Assembly: GCA_034226945.1 (NCBI GenBank)
Contig: CP120454.1
Location: forward strand, 1,364,001 to 1,428,000
Direction of reading: 5' to 3'
DNA: 64,000 bases
Source of the DNA: Picochlorum sp. SENEW3
Taxonomy: Eukaryota
In this document: piece after piece, positions 1 through 11,809 of the stretch
Layout of the letters: every line of letters begins with the position of its first letter
How positions within the stretch are numbered: the first letter of the stretch is position 1
The notes under the pieces: generated by a model
The model's input: the letters and a program-made list of their open reading frames with translations, nothing else
Databases searched by the model: none
Told to the model about the DNA's origin: nothing
Position numbers and translations under genes: made by a program

Positions 1-654
1 GAGGAGAAGAAGTCTCATGAGGCTGCTGTGAAGGAGATTGAGGATCAGATTGAGAAGGAGTCTGATGAGAAGAAGAAGGATTTGTTGCGGGTAGAGTTGC
101 GGGCGCGTGTAGAAACATTGGATGTGTTGATGGAGAGGTTTGTGGCAATGACGTTGGAGAATGCCAAGTCTGGAGATGTGCCACGGGTGTCTCAGTTGAG
201 AAAGGTGCAGCATGAGGTGCATCAGCATGAGAGAGGGGGGCCGGCTGGGGTGGTGCATCAGCATCGGTATAAGCCAACGCAGCAGTATACTAGCAGACAT
301 CCTGGGCAGCAGTATACGGGTAGAGGTGGGGGTCATCCGCCACGGGGTGGAGGTGGGGGTCGGTCTGGATATGTGCCTACGCCAGTGGATGGTGGGAGGT
401 ATGGTCGAGGTGGGGTTGCAGAATGGGCGCATCCACCGTATCATCAGCCTGGAAGAGGAGGAGGAGGAGGAGGAGGAGGAGGGGTTGATGCAGGAGCTGT
501 CATGTATCCAGAGTACTCGGCGCATCGAGGTGGTCGAGGAGGAGGACGGCAGCAGTTGCCTCCGAGGGATGTATTTTATCAGGGGCCTTTCCCTGGGAGA
601 GGTGTGGGAGGGGAAATTGAATTTGACTCCTTTTCGGATCAGGACAGATATTAA
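1..654 (+). CDS. 3' part of a protein with a charged coiled-coil and Gly/Arg-rich RGG tail (probable RNA-binding protein, possibly eIF4B-like); 5' truncated by the window
   Basis: Frame open from base 1 to TAA at 654; multiple RGG/GRGG repeats; TGTAA at 693-697 downstream. Confidence 0.55.
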   Translation, partial: EEKKSHEAAVKEIEDQIEKESDEKKKDLLRVELRARVETLDVLMERFVAMTLENAKSGDVPRVSQLRKVQHEVHQHERGGPAGVVHQHRYKPTQQYTSRHPGQQYTGRGGGHPPRGGGGGRSGYVPTPVDGGRYGRGGVAEWAHPPYHQPGRGGGGGGGGGVDAGAVMYPEYSAHRGGRGGGRQQLPPRDVFYQGPFPGRGVGGEIEFDSFSDQDRY

Positions 655-724
655 CTACGTAATAACAAGGAGATGTATTATGATGATGACAATGTAACAT
701 TAGTATTATTCAAGAGAAAAAGTA

Positions 725-2131
725 TCAGAATTCTCTATCAGGAAGTATGATCGGAGCAACAAGTGTCCACATGTACAGGGCTGCAGCAATCCATTGGGAT
801 GTGATTTTCACAGCAACGCTTGTCCAGCCAACATCAATCAAATCCTTTTCGATTCGACCGCTCCCCCATCCGGTCATTAACATTCCCGTGTACATGGACG
901 CTAATGCAAAGATGATGTAAAATTGGACGTAATTGTACGAGACTGCTTCTCTATCCTGGTCCTTGTGAGCAGGGGATGTAGCATCTCTCGTCATGCCTGC
1001 ATCACTAGACGGCGCCATGTCTACTCCACTGGATGTCATCTCTGCTTCTTCTAAAAGTGAATCTTCTGCATCTGTTTGGAACGTTCTGGTGTTGGAGCCA
1101 GCTCGGAAAGCTGCCCACACAGTACTGGCAAGGGTCAACACCATGCCCATGGCCAATGTTGTGCTGGATGCTGCATTCAACCTCTGCCCCAACATATTGC
1201 ATTCGTAGTCTCTCGGTTCAGATTGCAGTGCCGAAAATCCTAAATATGATACATAAAGCGTGATTGCAGACGCAACAAAAATGGAGGCTCCTGGATTGAC
1301 GCGTCTGACTGATGGATGCAGGGTCAGAATGCTCAATACCACGCATGCAATCAGCCCAATAGTGATCAGAGACATATTGAGAGAGCAATCTGGTCCAGAT
1401 GGCGAGAACCAGACATATGATAAAACAATCATGACACAGGACGCGCCATAGGCCCCCACTGTTGCAACCAGCAATGCATACAAGTATCTCTCATCCTCCT
1501 CTCCTTCAAACACCCAGGCTTCATTCCACGCATTTGTCGCATCAATGATGATGAGAGTCTGAATTGCCAGGAAGAGAGGAGAAACAACCTTTGATACTGC
1601 AGCGTATACTGTAATAACACCATTGGAGAAGAAAAATGGGACAATATTACACACAAGCCAGAGCATCGCCTTCACAAGGTATCCACCATGATGAATGTAC
1701 GCATCTCTCCAGTCATCCTTGTATTTTACTGGAGCAGGAAATGACATGACCAGTGCCAACCCAGAGAAGAGGATACAGTTCCCCAGAGACAGTCGAAACA
1801 CTGCCTGTTCTCCAAACCATTCGTCAGGTGGTTGGTCTCCATCCTTGCCAAATTGCTTGATAATCCCTACATACATATAACTGAATCGATACATGGTTCG
1901 TCCGAGGGATATATGATACAAAAACAACGCACATGGAATGTGAGAAATGACTGGCTTGGCAAAGTCACGAAGCATCCACGCAAACAGCATAGAAAACATG
2001 AACAAGACGCTATATGCCACTCGAGCGCTACTTTTAAGTATCTCTCTTGTCGCTACGGAGCAACAACACCAAGCACAGCTCGCTGCGAGACTTGACGCGC
2101 AAGCCCCGAGGGAGGGCAAGACGAACAACAT
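725..2131 (-). CDS. SERINC/TDE (serine incorporator) family membrane protein
   Basis: N-terminal Cys-rich CAWCCC segment, about 10 TM helices, C-terminal FALASMYTGMLMTGW...WTLVAPIILPDREF signature; in-frame 66-nt GT-AG intron 1867-1932. Confidence 0.92.
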   Translation of the reverse strand: MLFVLPSLGACASSLAASCAWCCCSVATREILKSSARVAYSVLFMFSMLFAWMLRDFAKPVISHIPCALFLYHISLGRTMYRFSYMYVGIIKQFGKDGDQPPDEWFGEQAVFRLSLGNCILFSGLALVMSFPAPVKYKDDWRDAYIHHGGYLVKAMLWLVCNIVPFFFSNGVITVYAAVSKVVSPLFLAIQTLIIIDATNAWNEAWVFEGEEDERYLYALLVATVGAYGASCVMIVLSYVWFSPSGPDCSLNMSLITIGLIACVVLSILTLHPSVRRVNPGASIFVASAITLYVSYLGFSALQSEPRDYECNMLGQRLNAASSTTLAMGMVLTLASTVWAAFRAGSNTRTFQTDAEDSLLEEAEMTSSGVDMAPSSDAGMTRDATSPAHKDQDREAVSYNYVQFYIIFALASMYTGMLMTGWGSGRIEKDLIDVGWTSVAVKITSQWIAAALYMWTLVAPIILPDREF

Positions 2132-2584
2132 TCTCTTGTTGTTCTCTTGTGGTTGTTGTTGTTCTTTTTTTTCTTTTTTTTCTCTTTTGTTGTGTTGTAA
2201 ACCCGTATGGATCAACTGCTATAATGAAGAAGAATAATGGCACCTACCTACATTAGACGAAAAGGGTCCACCCCTGTTCGTACGGTATGAACCCTGTTGC
2301 TTCTGAGAACGTCGTCACTGTCAAAGTGAGGATCAATCTCCATGCATAGAAGACTATCAACTACAGCAAGCAATACGGCATATATACAGATTGCTTTGTT
2401 GGCCTTGGCTTTTACTTACAATGGATACCAGCAGCAGAAAATGATGATGAAATGTGCAATAAAATAGCCATCTTTCAGACTGCCAGCATCAAAAGAGAAA
2501 AGATGTATCAAAGATGCAAAAAAACTCGACGCTAGATCACAACATTCTTTTCAATCTAGAATAGCAATGCCGTCATACATACAT

Positions 2585-3734
2585 TTAGTTTCCTGGAACA
2601 AACTTGGTGGCGGCAGCGAATCCATTGTTCACGGATGGGTCAGCCAAGTGGTCAGAGAGGTTCTCCAATGGTCCCTTTCCAGTCACAATAGCCTGAACAA
2701 AGAATCCAAACATGGAGAACATGGCAAGACGACCATTCTTAATCTCCTTGACCTTGAGCTCGGCGAAAGCCTCTGGGTCATCAGCAAGTCCGAGTGGGTC
2801 GAATGGACCTCCTGGGTGGAGTCTGTCAAGACCCTCAGCCCATTCAAAGTTTCCTCCTCCGTTACGGTATCCCTCAACAGCTCCCATAAGGATGACCTGG
2901 ACGATCAAGGTGGCAACAATGGAGTGGGCGTTGATGAATCCGTTGAATCCGAGGTACTGGATACCCTCATCGTCGAAAATCTTGGCTCCAGCCTTGAACC
3001 ATGGGATGTTTCCAGTGTTGGAAGACCACTCTGGGACGATGCATCCCAAAGCTCCGAGCATAGCCCAACGAGCGTGGATCAACTCAAGCTCTCTGTTACG
3101 GGCAAAGGTCTCTGGATCGGCAGAGAGACCGGCGGTATCCCATCCGTAGTCTCCTGGGAACTCACCGGTGAGGTATGGCACATCTGGGGTGAATGGACCG
3201 AGGTACTTTGGACGGTTTGGACCATACCTGCAGACGTGAAAAAATTAAAAAATGTTAGTCTCTCATTATCAAAGGCATGCTCCAGGCGAGAGCATGGGCG
3301 CATGTATCGGATTGGCACCCATGATGCCAAAAAAATCTTTCTTTATCCTTTCATATCTTGCCCACACCATCATGCCGGGGCACACTCACAGCCTCGGCTC
3401 GTTGCCTGCGCATCGTAAACAAACCGCATCTAGTATAGTAGTAGTCGAAGTACGTACCACTCAATCTTGGAAGAGGAGGAGGTCTTCTTTCCGGACTTGG
3501 TGGCAGCAACCACAGTCTGGGAGGTCTGCAGAGAGAAGAAAAAACCAAACAACGTAAGACATCCGCACCCATGGCATGCGTCACTAAGCCAATAATATTA
3601 TTTTATTTCATCAAATACACAAAGGAGGTATAGATACCTCTATGCGTCTCAGACAAGTAGAACATTGGTCGTACCCTGGCAGAGCGACGGACAGTAGCGT
3701 TAGCAAAGCTTGTCTTGATAGTAGAGGTCATCAT
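2585..3734 (-). CDS. LHCBM: Major light-harvesting chlorophyll a/b protein of PSII (Lhcbm type)
   Basis: [33 protein letters not shown] and EIKNGRLAM motifs; transit peptide exon from ATG 3734; GT-AG introns 3526-3674 and 3228-3457 give a continuous frame. Confidence 0.95.
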
Positions 3735-3982
3735 TTTGGCAAATATTGTATTGTTGAAATAATTCAATTATTTTCTGTTTGGGTGGAGGGAGATGAGGAG
3801 CATATATAAGGATTGCAATCTGGCAGATAGATTTGGATCATCCAGATTGGATCATGTCCCTGTGGCTTGGAATGTCCCATCAAACCATGTTCTCAGTGGG
3901 AAGGCATATTATTTTCTGCCCAGGGTTGACCTCAGCAGACTGACTAGAGAGAGTTGGTTCTATGAGGTCAACCCATGGACAC

Positions 3983-4237
3983 ATGTATTCATACGCTGAT
4001 AATGTATTCGGGTATGTGAATATATACATTACCAGGATATATTATTCATGGATTGTAAGGAATTTTTTTGCTGTTTTTGAGCCGTGTTCTCTGCATGGCG
4101 GTTATCTGGAAGAAGAAAAACTTTTGAAACGTATCAAACAGTGCGTTACCGAAGTGGAGGAGGAGAAACCAATGAATGAAATAGACCAGAGGGCCTTTGA
4201 TAGATTGTCTTTCACGGCTCATCGTCTTGGACTGTAA
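3983..4237 (+). CDS. Small hypothetical protein (uncertain)
   Basis: ORF with coding-like charged segment (YLEEEKLLKRIKQCVTEVEEEK); possible in-frame intron 4012-4059; no family recognised. Confidence 0.3.
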   Translation: MYSYADNVFGYVNIYITRIYYSWIVRNFFAVFEPCSLHGGYLEEEKLLKRIKQCVTEVEEEKPMNEIDQRAFDRLSFTAHRLGL

Positions 4238-4444
4238 GGAAAAGAAGAAGAAGAAGAAGAAGAAGAGGACTCTGATGGAGCAAACTTTTTTCTAGATGGC
4301 GTATCATCACGCATGAAACGTCGACTGGATGTACATGTATGGAAAAGAAAAAAGATTGAAAGACATGTAATGTTCATCATCAAGAAGCATCACTTGGTAA
4401 TAGTGTTCATAATAATAATTATTCGACTGGTGTGTGTCCGGTAA

Positions 4445-6062
4445 TCAAGCGGATTCCAACCCAAAGGCTTCAAAGCCAGAATTTAATTGGGCAGTCTCTG
4501 CCGTGGACAGCTCAACCCGAGGGCCATCGCTCTCGGGTTCTACTCGCGTTTCATCAACTGAGGTTCTGGGTACAGCACTTTCGATTGCGATATTTGCTCC
4601 AAGTATTGTGTGATTTCCGATTCCCTGAATTCTATGAATGGCTGCATCCGTTTCAAATGTGACAAATCCAAACCCTCTGTGCTCCTGTTTATTCGTCTTA
4701 TCTCGCGGTAAATATACATCCAAAACAAATCCAAACTGTGAAAAATAGTTCTTTAAATCCATCTCTGTCGTTTCTCTCGCAAGCTTCCCAACAAATAGCC
4801 TGGGACCAGCACGAGCTGACATTGGACCATGCATGGAGGCACCATGCCCAGATCCGCCTTGCAACCAGAGAGATTCTCCTCTGGATCCGTGATGCGACGC
4901 ATCAAATCTCCCAGATAAAAGACTAGCGCTCTCATTTAGTGAAGAAGAATAGCTGCTTACATATGACGCCCCAGCTGGACTGAGTGGGTCCATCATGTTT
5001 GTCATTGACTGTGTCGTTGGGCTTTGTGTGAACCCACCAGCCATCAAATATGGATTGGAGGCCACATTTGGCAAAGGCAGTCCCAAACTGGAACTTGATC
5101 GCATCATATGCTGACTCCTACCAGAGTAATAGGGACTGCCCAGTGAATGCTGCGATGCCAATGAGTGGCCACTCCTGCTGAGGAAGGCATCTGCCAAGGA
5201 CCCCTGCGGGGTACTAAAAGCGCTATCGGCAGGGGATGTGGTACGATTTGATATATCGATATAGTTATTCCAACTCCCAGCCATTGCAAGGTTTGGTTGT
5301 GACGAGGCCAACCGACTGGGTGCCATACCACCGCTAGGCTTGTCCTTTGGATTTGCTCGATCGATTGCCAATTCGTTCCCCCCCCAACGCATGCTTACAC
5401 ATCATCACTCTCTCGACAGAGCTCGCATGCGCATATGTGATAAACCCAATACCCCTATGACCCATTTTACTGGAATCCTTGGGCATGTATGCGTCCTTGA
5501 TGGTCCCAAATGCACCAAAATATGCACGAAACTCTGGCTGTGTCACGCCCGCAGGTATCCTGGCAACAAATATCCTATTGGTTTCTGACGATACCGGCTG
5601 TACATCCTGCAGAGAACAATATCGCACCACACATGGTTTCCCGTAAATAAAATGTTGTGGTACACTGACAGCTGAGCACGCATCCTCAATATTCAAAAAC
5701 GTTATATATGCTCTTCCCGGAGACTCCAGGTTCAAAGAATCTTTCACCATGACACAATTTTCAATCACTCCATACTTTCCAAAGTATAAAATCAAATCAT
5801 CTCGCTCCACGTCCTCTGTCAATCCTGACACCAGTATGATTTTGCTGGGCAGGGAGGAGCCTCTCGTCTCGTCTCTACTCTCGATATTCTGAGCCCGAAT
5901 ATACCCCATACCATTATGGACAGTATTATCCGATGTATCATTCCATAGCATGGATCCTGATGCAGCCTCCTGGCCAAAATAACCCACCCTTCCTTCAGGC
6001 GCTGTGCGGTTGTCGACCTGCACGTCCTTGTCCAGCGCTGCTCCAAAATTCGCACCTCGCAT
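4445..6062 (-). CDS. RNA-binding protein with three RRM domains (hnRNP A/Musashi-like); reading frame broken at the G8 run 5378-5385
   Basis: RNP2/RNP1 motifs ILVSGL/RAYITF, IFVARI/RGIGFITY, LFVGKL/RGFGFVTF; ORFs 5334-6062 and 4445-5392 join if one G is removed; 5' end uncertain. Confidence 0.85.
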
Positions 6063-6834
6063 CCGTAATTCTGAGAAACTATAAACTATGTTTATGCTTC
6101 ATCCAGTTAAGAATGAAACCATACCGCTCATCGTACTACAGTGGCGGTGACAGTAAAAACTCGTGATATAAATTCTTCACCCAATCTTCCCTGCAATGAA
6201 ATCAATTGCCCATCACTCGGTCGTCTATGTTTCAATTAATATATATTCTTGCAATATACGCCAATAGATGTCCAAAGAACACCAAAAAGAAGCAACCACA
6301 GGTGAAGTTGGTAACATGACCTACCCTTGTGACAAGGTATGTGACACTGAGTTACTTTCTCCACAGATGGAATTCACTGTGGAGGTTGAAATTTAAACTA
6401 ATAAAAGCAATTGAAGAATGGGACCAAGAGGCCGTCTCTTGGACAAGGGCGTTGGTGGCATTGTGGGCGAATATTCTCTGACGCCTCTTACTCGGGTCGA
6501 CCGCAAGTCGAGATGACGCTAGATCTAGATCTCTGCACACCGGTGTGCGTAGCGTAACCCTCCCTCATGACACACTGCAGACAGGGTCAAGATACTACCT
6601 GCGGATTCGCCGATGAGCGATCGAGACAATGGTGATGCATCTACGACTCACTGGATGGGCATCAGCTAAAAGCATGGCCTCTAGTATAGAATGGAAGCAT
6701 CGCAGTAACGATCCAAATGTGTGTACGGGAACACGAATTGACGGACGTGAGCACCTACCTGTCGGGTCTCAGGACATCTCGTGCACAAAGAATGCACCTT
6801 TATTACAAAGTAGAGATTTTTCATCACTGTAATA

Positions 6835-8358
6835 ATGATGGAATTGCGTATTCGGCGGGCATGGTTCTTGGCCTTTTTCATTGGGGTGTGCCGTGCGCAA
6901 TATGGTGTGACGGTCAATTTTGAGAATGCATGCGAGGAAGCACTTTATATCTTTATCGAAGATGATACCAATGGGTCTACTGAAATACCTATCGATCCGG
7001 GGGAGCAGTTGGCGCACACTATTTGTTCTTCGTTGTGCACCGGTTTGCTTGGAGCCTCGTATTCGTATCCATATTCGTGGAGAGCCACACCTCGTCGGCC
7101 TGCATGCGATTTCTCTGACAGTGGATCTGGTACGGTGACTATTAGTGGTACAATGCCATTAGGGGCGTCAGATGATGTGTACATATCCTGTCCCGATATT
7201 ACCTGTACTCAAGAAGACCAGGAGGAGGAAGATGAGAGAATTGCAAGTACTACTACTCCTCGCGAGGGAGCATGTTCATCCGTCACTATTTCACAAACAT
7301 CGTTGCCATCGCCATCAGATCCTTTGGCAGGCGTGATGGCGAGATTATCCAGCATGGCGTACTCTGAACAGGATGAGTTCCAGCGAGCAGCTAGTGCACT
7401 GGTCGGTGCATCCTGCGTGGATTTCTTATACAATTCAGAGGGATCTGAAGTAGGGGTGGCTGTGAATGACGATTCGATATATATCGCGTTTCGAGGCAGC
7501 GAGGTTGACTCTCAGGGATTTCAAGATGATTGGCTTGAGACGAATTTCCAGACAAACATCATCAATGCAGATGCAGGGGATGCAGAGGTCAACCTCCACC
7601 AAGGTTTTTATGAAGCGTGGAAGGACAGTGAGGAATGGATTAAAACTATCCTCCAGGCGTACCCTGATCGCGCTGTATACATCACTGGCCATTCCTTGGG
7701 AGGCGCTATTGCTCAAATTGCTGGTTTGATGCTTGACAAGGACTCTGATACAGGAGTCACTGCAGTGTATACTTTTGGAGCTCCTCCAGTGGGGGGAGAT
7801 TTATGGCTGGCTGAAATGGAACGCTCTGGTATGAATACTAAAGTTGTCAACTTTGTGCATCCTGATGATCCAGTCGTGTATGTTCAAGAAGCCATTGAAT
7901 CAAATCTGTTGGGGTCCATTCTAGGTTCTCTGACTGGAATCACTGATGATCTACGAGAGTTGCGCCCAGCAGGAAGGGCTGCTGATGTGACTGACGCGGC
8001 ATGTGTAGAAACATTTCCAGCCTTCAATGATGATACGTGGTCATTTGATGCACATGCCATCGACTCGTATCAATCCCTCATTGACAGCAATTGCATTGTT
8101 GCTGGAGACAGTCCATATCCAGAGTGTGTGCCTAGTACGTACAGTAGTGGTACGGAGTCTATCGATACATGCACAGGTGAGGATACATCGAATGATACTG
8201 GGACGACCGGAAATATGAATACCCCTGCAGCTGATACTGGGACTGAGGAAGAACAACAACAACAAGATGAAGAAGCAGATGTGATGGCATCATTCTCGAT
8301 CGAGAGAAATGCCGTCGATGCACTGATCATGTGTATTGCCATCATTATATTGGTGTGA
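6835..8358 (+). CDS. Secreted class 3 lipase with Cys-rich N-terminal module and hydrophobic C-terminal tail
   Basis: Signal peptide; IAFRGS, LHQGF, YITGHSLGGA (GxSxG), YTFGAPPVG, DDPV and HAI catalytic motifs. Confidence 0.88.
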   Translation: MMELRIRRAWFLAFFIGVCRAQYGVTVNFENACEEALYIFIEDDTNGSTEIPIDPGEQLAHTICSSLCTGLLGASYSYPYSWRATPRRPACDFSDSGSGTVTISGTMPLGASDDVYISCPDITCTQEDQEEEDERIASTTTPREGACSSVTISQTSLPSPSDPLAGVMARLSSMAYSEQDEFQRAASALVGASCVDFLYNSEGSEVGVAVNDDSIYIAFRGSEVDSQGFQDDWLETNFQTNIINADAGDAEVNLHQGFYEAWKDSEEWIKTILQAYPDRAVYITGHSLGGAIAQIAGLMLDKDSDTGVTAVYTFGAPPVGGDLWLAEMERSGMNTKVVNFVHPDDPVVYVQEAIESNLLGSILGSLTGITDDLRELRPAGRAADVTDAACVETFPAFNDDTWSFDAHAIDSYQSLIDSNCIVAGDSPYPECVPSTYSSGTESIDTCTGEDTSNDTGTTGNMNTPAADTGTEEEQQQQDEEADVMASFSIERNAVDALIMCIAIIILV

Positions 8359-8574
8359 GACAGCCATGGGGGTCTCTACGTTCTGCATGCCAATGAAACA
8401 AAAAAAAAAACAGGGTCTGTTAGCTGTTAATAAAAACATAAAACACAATTGTGTTTTTCCTTCAAGGAAACCAGCAACCTAATGAAAGAAGACTTGACTG
8501 TATACTTGATCATATTGAGATAGAATTGTTTGTATTGAAAATAGAAGACGAAACGGTGGTAAGAATACACTCCA

Positions 8575-8940
8575 ATGCCACGGTACTACTGTGATTATTG
8601 CGATGCGTATTTGACCCACGACTCGGCACTGGTTCGGAAACAGCATAACGCTGGATTTAAACATAAATCAAATGTAAAAGCGTACTATTTACAGTACGAG
8701 GAAGAGGCTCAGGTGAGACTGTGGGCAGAGTTGAACGGATTTGCTCCACCACCTGGTGGTCCATTTCCTCCTGGAATGATGGTGAGACCACCACCTGGAA
8801 TGGGTCAAGGTCCACCACCACCATCACATGGTGGTGTGAGACCACCAATGTATCCTCCTAGTGTCGGAGGTCCGGGTCCAATGCAGCAGCCTCCTCCCCA
8901 CCAGCAGCAACAACAGCAGTATCAGGCGCCACATCAGTAG
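8575..8940 (+). CDS. SNRPC: U1 snRNP protein C
   Basis: [30 protein letters not shown] zinc finger followed by a Pro-rich tail. Confidence 0.97.
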   Translation: MPRYYCDYCDAYLTHDSALVRKQHNAGFKHKSNVKAYYLQYEEEAQVRLWAELNGFAPPPGGPFPPGMMVRPPPGMGQGPPPPSHGGVRPPMYPPSVGGPGPMQQPPPHQQQQQQYQAPHQ

Positions 8941-8979
8941 CAGTAGTAGTAGGTGCCATTACAGTGTTTATTTATTCTT

Positions 8980-10911
8980 TTATGTATATTGAATAAGATA
9001 GAACGTGACGATAAGAAATACAATCCATTCGACAATCTGTAATATTCCAATCGTATTGTGCATCATGGCAGTGTTGGTGGAATTCACATACTCGAGGGAT
9101 TTTTTCAACACAATGTTGCTGACCATGGCATGACCGCGCTTTTCAACAGGGTGAGGGTCACTTGACGCTACTCGCGTCTTCCAAATGACGGCTCCAGATA
9201 CTCGATCATAGGATACTTCCGAGGAGGGGACCTGTCCTTTCAGGACGGCATTGGGAATGTAATCCAACTCTTCATAAGATGGGAGTTCTGTATCAATCGG
9301 TGACCCGTTCCTGACAACAATCCTATCGTATTGAGGTCGAGAGAGTAGCTCGCTATACCTGCGGGCCGTTGGAAAGATGATGAAGTTTGCAGGACAGCCA
9401 ACTCTGATGCGGCCATGGTCAAACACGCGCATGGCATTTGCTGGAGTGCTAGTCACGCTCTGCACCCACGTGCCATATGGTCTATCAAGATGGGCCATCC
9501 GACAACCTTGATTGAATACTTCAAGCATATCTAAATCCCCATACGCGTAGAATTGATCCCGTGTATTATCTGATGCAATGGCAACTGGCACGCCGGCCTG
9601 ACGTGCCTCATGCAGTAGAGTGATGCCTCTCCATCGTGGCGTACGTCCTCCAGAGCCATGCCTATCCTGCGTCCATTGATTTACTAATGGCAGAGACACC
9701 ACTGTGACTCCTGCCTTGGCGGCAACAGCGAGCGTTCTACGCAGTTCATGCTCTGGCTGGTATGCCAGGGAACAACAATGTCCACACACCACGCGACCTT
9801 GGTACCCATACTTGAGAGTCTTCTCCGCGACATATCGCAGTCCACGCGCCAATTCATTACCATTCTCATCTGTATGAAAGTCTATATCTAAATTCCTCTC
9901 CTTCGCAAGGGTGAATATCCTATCTAACAATAGGTCTCTATCTTTATCACAGGTGGTCCAATCATCCTCAGGCATCCCCCCTTGCTCTGCACAACATACT
10001 GCAGCTCCTAACAACCCACCATGTTCAGCTACAACATCAGCAAGCTTACGCGCAGCGTCTTCATCCCTAAAAAAACTCAATGCCGCCAAGGACACTCCCT
10101 GTAGCTCTACACGACCCTTCCATCTATCCCGAATCTTGGCAAATGCAGGCCAGGTAAGCTCAATGTGCTTATCCGTCATATTAATAAGATGTGTTCGTAA
10201 TGCAGACGTTCCATGCGCGTATGCACAGCGCACACTAAACTCCATTCTGCATTCTACATCCTCTGCATCCCAAAATGCAGCGTCAGCTGCTGTTGACCGA
10301 TCTGCACCACTCAGATTCCCCGTCGGATTTCTACTCCGTTCAGCCGTATGTCCCTTATCAATATGTGTATGCAAATCCACAAATGTTGGCAGCAAAAACT
10401 TGCCTTTCAGATCAATGATATCAACCCTCCTCTGTTTCCAACGAGGCATGGCATACACATACGTGTCCTCTTCATTTTCTCCACATCCATAAATACCCAT
10501 AATACGCTCATCATATACTTCAATATCTACAATAGCTATTCCGTCCACTGACACTGGCGTCGCAGCCCTAGTCCACCTCTTCTCCTGTCCATGGACAGGG
10601 GACCCACGATGCCCTACTACCACTCCTGTGCCTTTAACAAAAAGACCATGAGTGCCATGCCCACGGTGGCCGCGTGCGTGATGCTTTTCATCATGATGAT
10701 GGCGGTGATGATGCCCATTCACATGTGGAGCGCCATTGACGGGAGAAGATGAATGACCCTTTCCTCTTGTCACTTGACACTGAACACACCCGAGCAGATG
10801 CTCCTCATCCTCCCAACAGCACACCGGAACACCCGCATTATGCAAAATATAGTGTTTTGACTCCTTCGGTATCAATATACCTTCGTTTACATGTCCTTTA
10901 CCGTTCATCAC
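8980..10911 (-). CDS. Cytosine deaminase-like amidohydrolase with His-rich N-terminal insert and C-terminal TM helix
   Basis: DLHTHIDKGH (HxH), DFHTDE, GHCCSL and ASDNTRDQFYAYGDLDML motifs. Confidence 0.88.
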   Translation of the reverse strand: MMNGKGHVNEGILIPKESKHYILHNAGVPVCCWEDEEHLLGCVQCQVTRGKGHSSSPVNGAPHVNGHHHRHHHDEKHHARGHRGHGTHGLFVKGTGVVVGHRGSPVHGQEKRWTRAATPVSVDGIAIVDIEVYDERIMGIYGCGENEEDTYVYAMPRWKQRRVDIIDLKGKFLLPTFVDLHTHIDKGHTAERSRNPTGNLSGADRSTAADAAFWDAEDVECRMEFSVRCAYAHGTSALRTHLINMTDKHIELTWPAFAKIRDRWKGRVELQGVSLAALSFFRDEDAARKLADVVAEHGGLLGAAVCCAEQGGMPEDDWTTCDKDRDLLLDRIFTLAKERNLDIDFHTDENGNELARGLRYVAEKTLKYGYQGRVVCGHCCSLAYQPEHELRRTLAVAAKAGVTVVSLPLVNQWTQDRHGSGGRTPRWRGITLLHEARQAGVPVAIASDNTRDQFYAYGDLDMLEVFNQGCRMAHLDRPYGTWVQSVTSTPANAMRVFDHGRIRVGCPANFIIFPTARRYSELLSRPQYDRIVVRNGSPIDTELPSYEELDYIPNAVLKGQVPSSEVSYDRVSGAVIWKTRVASSDPHPVEKRGHAMVSNIVLKKSLEYVNSTNTAMMHNTIGILQIVEWIVFLIVTFYLIQYT

Positions 10912-11197
10912 ATGGACGTTGAATCCCTCCCAGCCTACTCGCAGAGATATCGCACAATGCTGGCACGTTCATCAACACTCTATACTACTTTGAGTACAAT
11001 GTTACTATCTTGACTCGTGAATGTTGACGACGATACACAATCTGCGGTCAGTCGAGATCCCAAGCACTCCTTGATTCGATAGAATAAAACAAGAAAAAAG
11101 TATTGAAGTATCCAATCTTCATCCAATCCATTCCGTTTTCCTGTGTCAATCACAACTAGGGCAACTATTGCCATTTCTATACCTTTCAAATAACAGG

Positions 11198-11809
11198 ATG
11201 GGATTAGGAACTGCAAAAGTGTTCTCATCAATCGCGTTGGCGATTGACATAATCTCTTGCTTCTTTTCGCTCGTCGTCACCGGCTTCTTTGCCTACGTCA
11301 TCAGCAATTATTTCGGCGACTCTCCCTGGTTTATCGATCTTGGAGTATCATTTGCGATCGTATGCTTTCTCATTCTTCTCGCCACCAGCATATTGGGGTG
11401 TATGACGTCGTGTGGAAAACCAAGCAGTATTGGACTGCACGGAACAAAGTTTGGTCTCGATTTGTTTGCGTGGCTTTTAACGTTGATCTCCGTGGCGATC
11501 AATACAAATAAGACGGAGCAAAAAGTCTACTTTGGAGGTCAGTATGAAGGGTCGACAGACTTGGGGACATTTTTGGACTCGTGTGACAGTGTCTATGGCT
11601 TTAATGAAGCATGTGCTTGGTCGGTTGGTATCGTGCTCCTGTGGTGCGTTTTCTGCCTTCTCTTTGTCAACATGATCTTGCACGCTCTTGCTATATTGCA
11701 TGTGAGGAATCATTCGAACGTGGCAAAAGCCACTGCTGGAGAGGGGGGAGTGCAGAATGTAAACCAACCAGTGAGTGAGCCAGTCACCATGGTAGACAAC
11801 CAGGTGTGA
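11198..11809 (+). CDS. Four-TM membrane protein of unknown function
   Basis: 203-aa ORF with four hydrophobic helices and a Cys pair in the large loop. Confidence 0.7.
   Translation: MGLGTAKVFSSIALAIDIISCFFSLVVTGFFAYVISNYFGDSPWFIDLGVSFAIVCFLILLATSILGCMTSCGKPSSIGLHGTKFGLDLFAWLLTLISVAINTNKTEQKVYFGGQYEGSTDLGTFLDSCDSVYGFNEACAWSVGIVLLWCVFCLLFVNMILHALAILHVRNHSNVAKATAGEGGVQNVNQPVSEPVTMVDNQV

Noticed and set aside
2567..3418. 283-aa plus-strand ORF
   Set aside because: Antisense shadow of the codon-biased LHCBM gene.
4235..4444. Acidic open frame continuing after the TAA at 4235-4237 (GKEEEEEEEEDSD...)
   Set aside because: Explained by a (GAA)n microsatellite; no independent evidence of readthrough.
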